Below, one piece after another: positions 42,298 to 50,896 of a stretch of 64,000 bases of DNA. A program made the position numbers and the translations under genes. Under the pieces are notes generated by a model. It was not told where the DNA came from, made no database searches, and saw nothing but the letters and a program-made list of their open reading frames with translations. The stretch's first letter is position 1, and each line of letters opens with the position of its first letter. Source of the DNA: Myxococcota bacterium (lineage in GTDB: Bacteria > Myxococcota_A > UBA796 > CAJQPC01); the NCBI GenBank assembly GCA_036229005.1, contig JAZAMN010000020.1:64001-128000 (forward strand), read 5' to 3'.

Positions 42298-42547
42298 GGA
42301 GCTACGCCGCCCGAGTGCGCGCCTTTGCCGAGCTACGCCACCTGAATGCGCGCCTTCCCAGAGCTACGACAACCGAATGCACGCAAGCGCGCCCCAAAGC
42401 GCGCACCGACACCCCGTAGCTCCCAAAAAGCGCGCACCGACACCCCGTAGTTCCCAAAAAGCGCGCACTGACACCCCGTAGCTCCCAAAAAGCGCGCACT
42501 GACACCCCGTAGCTCCTCAAAGGCGCGCACTGACACCCCGTAGCCCC
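42298..42547. repeat. 31-bp-period inverted (foldback) array, copy 1
   Basis: (G)GAGCTACG at 42298, 42329, 42360; reverse-complement CGTAG(C)TCC at 42415, 42446, 42477, 42508, 42539. Confidence 0.92.
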
Positions 42548-42913
42548 CCGCACGCAGTGCCGGGCCACGGTCAGCCCCCCGCCCCCCAGAACGTCGTTCC
42601 GGTCCGGCCCGTAGACACCGCCACGGACTGGCACAGCGTGATGACCGATACCCGATACCCGATACCCAAGCGGCGACCGGAGACCGGCGACCGGGGACCG
42701 CCGATGACGTGAATCCACGGTCGAAGCCTTCGTGCCAGCCGACCTGTGGAAGCGCCTCGGGGAGGGCCCGGCACTTCGTGCGGGCCACCTCAGCCGCCCG
42801 CCCCCAGAACGTCGTTCCGGTCCGGCCCGCAGACACCGCCACGAACCGGCGCAGCGTGATGACCGATACCCGATACCCGATACCCGATACCTGAGACCCG
42901 GTACCCGAGCCCC
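42546..42913. repeat. Continuation of the 225-bp repeat family (half copy plus full copy from 42665)
   Basis: Same GAACGTCGTTCCGGTCCGGCCCG...GATACCC and CCCAAGCGGCGACC sequence. Confidence 0.93.
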
Positions 42914-42930
42914 CGCCCGTCGACCGAAAC

Positions 42931-43869
42931 TCACCCCAGCGCCCCCAGCGCCCCCAGCAACCGCTCCGCCCGCTCCAACCCCTCCCCCAGCTCCCCCGGT
43001 CCCACCCAGAAGCGCAGGCGCTCGCCGCTCAGCCTTCCCGCGTGCCCGTGGAGCAGCCACAGTGTGTCCTCGCTGAGGCCGGGATCCGACAGCGCGTGGG
43101 GGGGCGCCCCAGAGGCCCCGAGAGATAGGTCCAGCACTGGGTTTCCGGTCCGAGCCCCTCCCTCTCCCAGGCCCAGCGCGAACGCACCGCCCGGCCCCGG
43201 GAGCTCCACCAGCCAGCCCCGGGGAGAGCAGGCCAGCAGCGCCCCGTCCCGCTCCATGCAGAGCTGCAGGCTGCCCGGTCTGGGGGGAGGGTCCGAGGGG
43301 TTGGGGGTCCAGCTCAACAGTGCCCGGGCCCGCCCTTCAGCCCGCGTCCTGCCCGGCACAAATCCGCACTGGGTGGCCCAGTCGAGGTCACCCTGAAAGC
43401 GATCGCCCAGCGCCACACAGGCCGCCGCCAGCGCCTCCACCCGCTCCGGGATCTGGTCCGCCGGCAGCGACGCGCGCAGACGCCACGCCCCCAGCTCCGG
43501 CTCCAGCTTGAACACCCAGCCGCCGCAGTCCAGCTCGTCCTCGGAGATGGCGATCTCCCCCACGCGCACCCCGTGGAACAGCGGCGGGGGCGCGTTCAGC
43601 GTCAGCTCAATGGCCAGCAGGCCGCTGCGATCCGGCAGCAGCAGCTCCAGCGCCTGGCCGCCCAGCTCCCCCCGAAAGCGCAGCTTGCCCCCCCGCTCCT
43701 CCACCTGCAGCCGGCGAGCGCTCGCCCAGGCCATCCAGTCCGGCGCGGGCGCCAGCAGCGGGCGGGCCATGGGGTGCAGGAAGACCCAGCCCAGCGCCAC
43801 CATCCCCAGCAGCAGCGTCGCCGCCACCGCAGCCACCACCACCACCGACAGCGGCACCGTCGGCGTCAT
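42931..43869 (-). CDS. Hypothetical membrane-anchored protein
   Basis: ATG overlaps the lipase stop; N-terminal TM VVVVAAVAATLLLGMVALGWVFL. Confidence 0.6.
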   Translation of the reverse strand: MTPTVPLSVVVVAAVAATLLLGMVALGWVFLHPMARPLLAPAPDWMAWASARRLQVEERGGKLRFRGELGGQALELLLPDRSGLLAIELTLNAPPPLFHGVRVGEIAISEDELDCGGWVFKLEPELGAWRLRASLPADQIPERVEALAAACVALGDRFQGDLDWATQCGFVPGRTRAEGRARALLSWTPNPSDPPPRPGSLQLCMERDGALLACSPRGWLVELPGPGGAFALGLGEGGARTGNPVLDLSLGASGAPPHALSDPGLSEDTLWLLHGHAGRLSGERLRFWVGPGELGEGLERAERLLGALGALG

Positions 43870-44987
43870 GTCATCTGCGGGTGCAGGAAGGACAGGGCGT
43901 CCTCCCACAGCGCGACAAAGTGGTCCTGGCGGAATCCGCTGCCGGAGATCAGCCAGTCGTAGTGCGGCGGCTCGCCCTGGGGGTCGGCGTAGTGCCCGAG
44001 CACGTCCAGGTGGTCCGCCGTCACCGCCCGCAGCACCTGTCCCCAGACCTGCGAGTGGGTGGGCACCATGCCGTCGTTGTCCTGGGCCCGCGGCAGGTCG
44101 GCCCACTGCTTGAGCATCACGCTGGCCACCGGCGGCTTGATGTCCTGGGCCTCCCCCCGCGCCGCCAGCGCGTAGAAGCCCCGGAAGATCGCCTGCGAGG
44201 CCGTGCGATAGGGCCGCGGAACCGCCAGGGCCAGGTCCCGCTTCATGGGCCGCCGGGCCCGCGCGACCACCGACCCGTAGGCCACCCCCGCCCGGTCGGG
44301 CGTCGTCGCGTTGAACAGCTCCATCGCGTCGGGGGTGAGCTGAGTGAGCAGCGACTGGTCCTCGCTCACCTCGCGCAGGAACTGCTCCAGGCCTTGGCGG
44401 CGGTCCGCGCTGAGCTGCCCAAGCAGGGTCCCGTAGAGCTCGTCCACCAGCTCCAGGCTGCCCGTCGCCCGCTCGCGCGCCCGCGCCACACACTCCCCGG
44501 CCTTGAGCAGCACCCGCAGGGGCAGGCGGCCCTGGCGCAGGGTCAGCAGGGTCATCAGCGAGAGCAGCTTCAAGATGGGCTTGCCCTGCACCGAGCTCAA
44601 GAAGGCCGCGGAGGGCGTCCCGTGGTGCGGCGTGGTCAGGGTCAGCACGCTCTGCACCCGGGCCGCGATGTCCTCGACTGCGGCGCCGCTGGGCAACACC
44701 AGGTTCGGCGAGACCAGGAGTCGGGCGTCCAGCCCGCCGGTGGAGTGCCCGATGAGGTGCACCCGGTCCCCCTCCCTCGACCGCTCGGAGATCGCCTTGT
44801 GCAGGGCCTGAGCGCGCAGCGGCAGGGTGGCCGTGGGCAGGGTCGCGACCACGTGGATCTGGGCGCTGAGCCCTCGAGCCTTGAGCTGCGTCCGGAGCAG
44901 CCGCTGGACGTGGCCGAAGTAGGTGAGCTCCCCCAGGTTGGTGAAGCCGAAGAAGCCGGGGATCAGGAAGAGGTGGTTGTCGGGCAC
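43866..44987 (-). CDS. Triacylglycerol lipase-like alpha/beta hydrolase
   Basis: LIPGFFGF, GHSTGG nucleophile elbow, TPHHGT, NDGMVP, ADHLDVLGH. Confidence 0.88.
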   Translation of the reverse strand: MPDNHLFLIPGFFGFTNLGELTYFGHVQRLLRTQLKARGLSAQIHVVATLPTATLPLRAQALHKAISERSREGDRVHLIGHSTGGLDARLLVSPNLVLPSGAAVEDIAARVQSVLTLTTPHHGTPSAAFLSSVQGKPILKLLSLMTLLTLRQGRLPLRVLLKAGECVARARERATGSLELVDELYGTLLGQLSADRRQGLEQFLREVSEDQSLLTQLTPDAMELFNATTPDRAGVAYGSVVARARRPMKRDLALAVPRPYRTASQAIFRGFYALAARGEAQDIKPPVASVMLKQWADLPRAQDNDGMVPTHSQVWGQVLRAVTADHLDVLGHYADPQGEPPHYDWLISGSGFRQDHFVALWEDALSFLHPQMT

Positions 44988-45111
44988 GCCGGGATCCTAT
45001 CCCCACCGCCCGGAGTGAGTGGCAGGTAAGGACGATTCAGCGGGCTGCAACGTCACAAGCGAGGACACCCGGATAGGGATCCCAAGTCAACACTTCCCGC
45101 CGGGAGCGCCC

Positions 45112-45945
45112 ATGTTCAGCCTGATGCCCATCCTCCTCTTCGCCGGCTGCCCCAAGATCCTGCAGGACCTGGATCTGGACCAGTACAAGCCCACCGTGCG
45201 CTTCAAGAAGCTCAAGGTCGACAGCGTGGACTTCCAGGGGGCCGACACCCAGTTCCTGTTCGCGGTGAAGAACCCCAACCCCATCCAGGTGACCCTGGCG
45301 TCGCTGACCTACAGCCTGGACCTGGCGGGGGCCAACTTCTTCACGGGCAAGAAGCCCAAGGGCCTGACCCTGGAGGCCTCCAAGGAGACCCAGCTCGCCA
45401 TCCCCGTGAGCGTGACCTTCTCCGAGCTCTTCAAGCTGGCCGGCGACATCAAGAACCAGGACACGGTGCCCTTTGCTCTGAGCGGCGACATCGGCTTCAA
45501 CACGCCCATCGGCGTCATCGAGCTGCCCTACAAGGAGGCCGGTGACTTCCCCGTGCTCCAGAAGCCCACCATCAGCTTCCAGGGCGTGCGCGTGACCGAG
45601 CTGGCGGTGCTCCAGAACAAGGCCAGCCTGGGCGTGGACCTGAACATCAACCACGAGCAGGCCAGCACCCTGGGCTTCTCCGACTTCACCTACGACCTGT
45701 ACATGAAGGGCCAGAAGGTGGGCGACGGCACCATCGCGCAGTTCGCCACGGTCGAGCCCAAGGAGACGGGGCTGGTCACCATCCCGGTCAACATCAACCT
45801 GCTGGAGGCCGGCACCGCCATCGTCTCGGCCCTCAAGGACCGGGACAAGGTCAAGTTCCGCATTGACGCGGACATGAACGTGGACACGCCTTTCGGGGTG
45901 CTTCCCTTGGACATCGACAAGGCCAAGACCCTCAAGCTCCAGTAG
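45112..45945 (+). CDS. Lipoprotein with two LEA_2/WHy domains
   Basis: LLFAGC lipobox; VKNPNP WHy motif; duplicated TP[IF]GV..LP motif. Confidence 0.85.
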   Translation: MFSLMPILLFAGCPKILQDLDLDQYKPTVRFKKLKVDSVDFQGADTQFLFAVKNPNPIQVTLASLTYSLDLAGANFFTGKKPKGLTLEASKETQLAIPVSVTFSELFKLAGDIKNQDTVPFALSGDIGFNTPIGVIELPYKEAGDFPVLQKPTISFQGVRVTELAVLQNKASLGVDLNINHEQASTLGFSDFTYDLYMKGQKVGDGTIAQFATVEPKETGLVTIPVNINLLEAGTAIVSALKDRDKVKFRIDADMNVDTPFGVLPLDIDKAKTLKLQ

Positions 45946-45974
45946 CCCCCCCCCACACTTGCCCCGGAGAGCCC

Positions 45975-47006
45975 TTGAGCGAGCTCCAGACCCAGCTCCG
46001 TGACCGCCTGGCCCTGGCCGTGGTGGGCCCCGCCTCCAGCGGGAAGGATGCCGCCATCCGCGCCCTCTTCGGCGTGGACTTTGGCGAGATCTCCCCCATC
46101 CCCGGCAGCACCGAGACCCTGCGCCTGGCCGACGTGGACGGTGACGGCCGCTTCGTGCTGATCAACACGCCCGGCTTCCAGGACGTGCGCGCGGAGATCG
46201 ACTCGGTCGCCCGCAAGGTCCTGGACGAGCTGGACCTGGCCCTGTTCGTGGTCAACGCCGAGGGCGGCGCCACCCGGGCCATCCTCAAGGACCTGGAGCA
46301 GGTGCGGGCGCGCCGGGGCGGCCTGCCCACCCTGGTCTGCCTGAACAAGATCGACCTCATTCGGCCCCTGCAGCGCCCGGACTTCATCCAGCGCACGGTG
46401 GCCCAGCTCGGCCTGGATCCCGAGCAGGTCGTGGCCACCTCCTTCGACCCCCACCCCGCCCTGGGCATCGGCCCCATCGGCCTGGAGGAGGTCGTGCAGT
46501 GGGTGGACGAGACCCTGGCCGACAGCGGCAACGCGCTGCTCTTCTCGCGCCACCTGCGGGACAAGCGCCTGGCCTGCCAGCCCCTGATCAAGCGGGCCGC
46601 CAAGCGCGCTGCCGTCGCGGGCGCCGTCCCCGTCCCCGGCGCGGACATCACCGCCGTGACCTTCATCCAGGTCAAGCTGGTCGAAGAGCTCGCCGCGGTC
46701 CACGGCAAGAAGCTGGACAAGGACGTCGTGCTCTGGATGGTCGGCGAGCTGCTCGCCGGGGGCTCCAAGGGCTTCATCCGCAAGGGCGTCGCGGCCCTCA
46801 AGACCGCCGGCTGGATCCCCGGCGCCCAGGTCGCCCAGGTCGCCACCGCTGCCCTGGCCGGGGCCGTCGCCGCCGGCGCCACCTACGGCGTGGGCGAGGC
46901 GGCCATCCGCTACATCCAGTCCGACCAGAAGCTGCCCATCGCGGAGCTCCGGCAGGTGTTCGACAACGTGGCCTCCTCCAAGACCCCGCAGTTGGGCGCC
47001 GATTGA
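45975..47006 (+). CDS. Era/YcjF-like GTPase with DUF697-like C-terminus
   Basis: GPASSGKD, PGST, NTPG, NKID; C-terminal GAVPVPGADITAVTFIQVKLVEELAAVHG. Confidence 0.82.
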   Translation: MSELQTQLRDRLALAVVGPASSGKDAAIRALFGVDFGEISPIPGSTETLRLADVDGDGRFVLINTPGFQDVRAEIDSVARKVLDELDLALFVVNAEGGATRAILKDLEQVRARRGGLPTLVCLNKIDLIRPLQRPDFIQRTVAQLGLDPEQVVATSFDPHPALGIGPIGLEEVVQWVDETLADSGNALLFSRHLRDKRLACQPLIKRAAKRAAVAGAVPVPGADITAVTFIQVKLVEELAAVHGKKLDKDVVLWMVGELLAGGSKGFIRKGVAALKTAGWIPGAQVAQVATAALAGAVAAGATYGVGEAAIRYIQSDQKLPIAELRQVFDNVASSKTPQLGAD

Positions 47007-48013
47007 GCCTCCGCCGCATGCTGGACCGGGCTCGGCCGGCGGAGCTCGAGCCTCTGGAGCGCCACTTTGGCCTGCCCTCCCAGGGCCTCCGCGGAGTCCG
47101 CGCCGCCGCCGTGGAGTCCGCCCTGAGGCGCATCGGTGGGGTCGCGCGTCCCTCCTGGGAGAGCCTCCTCAAGCGGCAGTTGGAGAAGCGGGGGCGGGGC
47201 ACTGCGGGCTCGGTGGCCCACCTCGAAGGCCGCCTGATCGGCGCGCTGGCAGAAGAAGGCACCCTCCCCCCCCACGAGGTCACCGGCCTGGCATTGACCG
47301 CCCCCTACAAGACTGGCGGGCTGGTCCCGGCTCAGTGGGTGTACCGCTTCAAGCGCAACCTCCTGGGCCGCCTCTTCTGGTTCCTGATGCCCCTGGTCTA
47401 CCTGCGCAACCGCGACGAGCGCGCGCAGGAGAAGCTGCTGCCCGGCGCCCTGGTGCTGGTCGCGCAGCTCCGCCGCCTGGTCCAGGACCGGCTCACCCTG
47501 GCCATCGTGGGCCCCCCCTCATCGGGCAAGGACAGCGCCCTGCGGGCCCTGTTCGGCATCGACACCGGCAACATCGACCCCGTGGCCGGCGCCACCCGCA
47601 GCGCCGAGTCCCACAAGCTCTCCGACCGGCTCTTTGTGCTCAACACCCCCGGCCACGGTGACGTCGACCAGGGCCTGAGCGATGAGACCCAGTCCCACCT
47701 GGACCACGCCGACCTCTACCTGGTCGTCCTCAACGCCGAGGGCGGCCTCCAGGCCCCCGACCGCAAGCTCCTGGACACCGTGGTCGCCCGCAAGCGCCCC
47801 ACCCTGGTCGCCCTCAACAAGGTCGACCTGCTCCGCGAGGGCGAGCTGGAGCCCATGCTGGCCCACGTCCGCGAGCGCGCCGGCGACCTGCCCGTCGTCC
47901 CCGCCAGCTTCGACCCCTACCTGGCGCCGGAGCCGCTGGGGGTGGATGCGGTGTGGGAGTGGATCGAGGCGCAGGGGGGCGCGGACCTGACAGTTGGCGA
48001 TCCCGAATCCTGA
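47003..48013 (+). CDS. Second Era/YcjF-like GTPase (G domain C-terminal)
   Basis: TTGA overlap; GPPSSGKD, AGAT, NTPG, NKVD, SFDP. Confidence 0.8.
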   Translation: MSLRRMLDRARPAELEPLERHFGLPSQGLRGVRAAAVESALRRIGGVARPSWESLLKRQLEKRGRGTAGSVAHLEGRLIGALAEEGTLPPHEVTGLALTAPYKTGGLVPAQWVYRFKRNLLGRLFWFLMPLVYLRNRDERAQEKLLPGALVLVAQLRRLVQDRLTLAIVGPPSSGKDSALRALFGIDTGNIDPVAGATRSAESHKLSDRLFVLNTPGHGDVDQGLSDETQSHLDHADLYLVVLNAEGGLQAPDRKLLDTVVARKRPTLVALNKVDLLREGELEPMLAHVRERAGDLPVVPASFDPYLAPEPLGVDAVWEWIEAQGGADLTVGDPES

Positions 48014-48028
48014 TCCTAAGATCAAGGC

Positions 48029-48529
48029 ATGATCCCCAACAACAAGCGCGAACTACTCCGCCAGATCAGACTCCGCGAAGAGTTCGGAGAGCCAACAACA
48101 GATCTGATGGAGCGGCTGGAGGCAATGGATCAGCCAAGCCTCCAGACCAGACCAGTACCAGCAGGGGACTCCGCGCAGGCAGCGCTTTCGGCGAAGATGG
48201 CCGCGCTCCTCGAGCAGATCAGCTCGATGGAAGCAGGCGAGGCACGCCAGCGGGTCGTCCTGGCGACACCCAGGGTCGCTGTTCGCAAAAGCCAATACGT
48301 CCTGAGCACATCGCCCGCCTATTCGGAGCAAGATGCCGAGAGTGCGCTGGAGGGTCTCCGATCCATCCTGTCCAACATCCAAGGGCAGAGCGGCCCCGAG
48401 GCTGAGCTCTGGATGGCCACCTGTTCGATTCTGGCCGGCTTGGTCCACGCCGGTATGGCGCAACACGAGATGGAGGTCTCGGAGAGCGAGGCGTGGATAG
48501 TCGGCGAGTACAAGGTCGACGAACCCTGA
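48029..48529 (+). CDS. Hypothetical protein with atypical (lower-GC3) codon usage
   Basis: 166-aa ORF, ATG after AAGG, TGATG-coupled to the next gene. Confidence 0.65.
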   Translation: MIPNNKRELLRQIRLREEFGEPTTDLMERLEAMDQPSLQTRPVPAGDSAQAALSAKMAALLEQISSMEAGEARQRVVLATPRVAVRKSQYVLSTSPAYSEQDAESALEGLRSILSNIQGQSGPEAELWMATCSILAGLVHAGMAQHEMEVSESEAWIVGEYKVDEP

Positions 48530-49140
48530 TGCGGCTCGAAGACCGCTCGGGGAGGGTCCCTGCAGCTTTGCAGCGGCTGTGCGTGGAGCTGATTCAGGAG
48601 GGCTTCGCCATCAACGATGACGTCTCACGGCAGACGCTGCTCCAGGTTGTGTTCGAAGACTCGCCGCTAGAACAGTACGGGGCCTGGATTCCAAGCTACC
48701 AAGAACATAGGGCTGAGAACCAGTACACGGACGTTGGCTTGGTTGTCGGCGTGACCGCGACAATCACCATCAACACGCGCCTTATCGACCCGAACCTGTC
48801 GCCCCGGACGGTCCTCGAGACTCTCGCCCATGAGTACGGACACCACTACACCCTCGGCCACCTCTCGAGGGGAGTGGGTCTCCCACTGTCGCGTCAGATA
48901 GGTGGCAAGAGACTCCGCGTCCCTCCCCGGTTCTACAGGGTCCGTGCGCTGGACCCGTCGACGTACTCTGGAGGGACCGACGACTGGTACCGGTGTGACG
49001 CGGAGCTGCTCGCAGAGGACTACCGCGTGCTCAGCGCACCGGCGGACCTTGCCCGCGCCCATCGCATGGAAGACGACCTCCCAGCACCGGGACCAGAAGT
49101 GGAGGACTTCCTGCGCGGGCTTCCTTCCTGGGGCGCTTGA
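48529..49140 (+). CDS. HExxH zinc metallopeptidase (ImmA/IrrE-like zincin)
   Basis: ITINTRL...ETLAHEYGHH...AELLAEDY; atypical codon usage. Confidence 0.72.
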   Translation: MRLEDRSGRVPAALQRLCVELIQEGFAINDDVSRQTLLQVVFEDSPLEQYGAWIPSYQEHRAENQYTDVGLVVGVTATITINTRLIDPNLSPRTVLETLAHEYGHHYTLGHLSRGVGLPLSRQIGGKRLRVPPRFYRVRALDPSTYSGGTDDWYRCDAELLAEDYRVLSAPADLARAHRMEDDLPAPGPEVEDFLRGLPSWGA

Positions 49141-49180
49141 CCAGACTCCGGATACCGAACCGACACCCGAGCCCGCTCCC

Positions 49181-49523
49181 GGAGCTACGCCATCTGAACA
49201 CGCGCTCTGGCGGAGCTACGGCCCCTCAATGCACGGCTCTCGGGAGCTACGGCACCTCAGTGCGCGCTCTCGCGGAGCTACGCCCCCTGAATGCACCGAT
49301 TCCGGGAGCTACGGCATCTCAATGCGCGGATTCTGGGAGCTACGGCACCTCAGTGCGCGCACTCGTGCCCCAATCCGCGCACTCACACCCCGTTGCTCCG
49401 ACAAGACGCGCACTCGCACCCCGTAGCTCCGAGAAGACGCGCACTCACACCCCGTAGCTCCGAGAAGACGCGCACTCGCACCCCGTAGCTCCGAGAATAC
49501 GCGCACTCGCACCCCGTAGCTCC
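49181..49523. repeat. 31-bp-period inverted (foldback) array, copy 2
   Basis: GGAGCTACG at 49181, 49212, 49243, 49274, 49305, 49336; CGT(A/T)GCTCC at 49391, 49422, 49453, 49484, 49515. Confidence 0.95.
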
Positions 49524-49549
49524 CGGCCAGCGGCGCTTTTGAGGCCCAG

Positions 49550-50176
49550 TCACTCAGCGCGCATACGACGCCGCGAGCCCAGCAGCCCCGCCAGCCTCGC
49601 CGACGCCCGCCGAACCCGCGCCTCCAGCACGCGCGCCCGCTCGCGGAACACAGCCCGGGCCACAACCAGGGGGATGGCGATGCCGAGGCCCAACAAGGTG
49701 GTGTGGATGGCAATGCCCAGTTGGGCCGCCATCAGAGTCTGCTTGGTCTCCGAGCTGGCGCGGGCCAGGTTCTCGTAGCCCATGATCAGTCCCTGGACCG
49801 AGCCGAGCAGCCCGATGTAGACCGCTGCATTGGCCAGCGCACCCAGGAGGTGAGCCCGCCTGTGCAGCGGCATCAGGAGCATGGCCTCTCCTTCCTCCAG
49901 CGCCGGCTGAGCCCATCGCGGTGGCACGGAGAGGGCGCAGGCCCCCAGCCAGGACAGGTGCAGCCAGGGGCGGGTGGCGCACAGGGCGCGGGCGGCGTCG
50001 CGATCGCCCAGGTGCACCAGGGTCTCGACGGCATCCAGCAGGGGGTCGACTGGGCGCCAGCCCACCCAGAACAGGGCGTGGAGACGCTCCAGGCAGACCA
50101 GACCGCCGAGCAGGGCGATGGCCAGCATCGGCCAGAGGCTCCAGCCAAAGACCTGGAGCTCGCTCCAGTCGATCAC
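49550..50176 (-). CDS. MotA/TolQ/ExbB proton channel family protein
   Basis: LERL, LGALANAAVYIGLLGSVQGLI, IAIHTTLLGLGIAIP. Confidence 0.8.
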   Translation of the reverse strand: MIDWSELQVFGWSLWPMLAIALLGGLVCLERLHALFWVGWRPVDPLLDAVETLVHLGDRDAARALCATRPWLHLSWLGACALSVPPRWAQPALEEGEAMLLMPLHRRAHLLGALANAAVYIGLLGSVQGLIMGYENLARASSETKQTLMAAQLGIAIHTTLLGLGIAIPLVVARAVFRERARVLEARVRRASARLAGLLGSRRRMRAE

Positions 50177-50769
50177 AACATCCCCCGCAGCCGGCTCTCG
50201 GTGTGGAGAATGCGCGCACGCAGAGTGGCCTCCCGCTCGCGGAACAAGCCGCGGACGATCAGCAGCGGGAGCGCGATGCACAGTCCCAGCCAGGTGGAGT
50301 AGACGGCGTCCGCGACGCCCATGGCCGGGCTCGTCGCAGAACGCCACTCCGGGCTGTAGAACGCGATCGCCCCCAGCGACTGCGCCAGGCCGCACACCGA
50401 GCCGAGCAGCCCCAAGAGCAGGGCCAGGTTCGCCAGAACCCCCAGCAGCTCGGCGCGGCGCCCAAAGTCGCGGAGCAGCTTGGTGGTCGCCTCCGACAGT
50501 GCCTCGCCGGACCAGGCGTCGGGAGCAGACAGCGCGCAGGCCCCCAGCCAGGAGAGGTGGACCCAGGGCTTCGCAGCACAGAGCTCCATCGCCCCCTGGC
50601 GGTCCCCCACGGCGATGCACCCCTCGACCGCGTTCAGGAGCGGCTCAACCGATCGCCACCCCACCCAGTAGAGCGCGAGCAGCCGCTCGATCACCAGCGC
50701 GGCGCCCCCCAGCGCAATCAGCAGCAGGGCCACGCCGAGGGCAGAGGGGACCTCAAAGAGGACAGACAC
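50173..50769 (-). CDS. MotA/TolQ/ExbB proton channel family protein (paralog)
   Basis: IERL, LANLALLLGLLGSVCGL, VYSTWLGLCIALP. Confidence 0.78.
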   Translation of the reverse strand: MSVLFEVPSALGVALLLIALGGAALVIERLLALYWVGWRSVEPLLNAVEGCIAVGDRQGAMELCAAKPWVHLSWLGACALSAPDAWSGEALSEATTKLLRDFGRRAELLGVLANLALLLGLLGSVCGLAQSLGAIAFYSPEWRSATSPAMGVADAVYSTWLGLCIALPLLIVRGLFREREATLRARILHTESRLRGML

Positions 50770-50896
50770 GGGCACCTCCCAGGGAGCCGGACCATGGGGA
50801 GCGCAAGGGGTTCCGGGCCCACGGGGGCCCACACAGGGAGTTCACAGTCGAGGTCAACCGCCTCCCTCGGAGCGCCGCCGGGATACACGCCCCGCG

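Noticed and set aside
40572..42419. 615-aa + strand ORF and the repeated 66-aa MPADLWKRL ORFs
   Set aside because: Antisense to the LRR gene, then reads through a 3n-length repeat; no RBS and non-protein-like composition. Coding is not fully excluded.
42298..42547. 31-bp arrays as CRISPR (also 49181-49523)
   Set aside because: No unique spacers of about 30 nt, units switch orientation mid-array, and there are no cas genes in the window.
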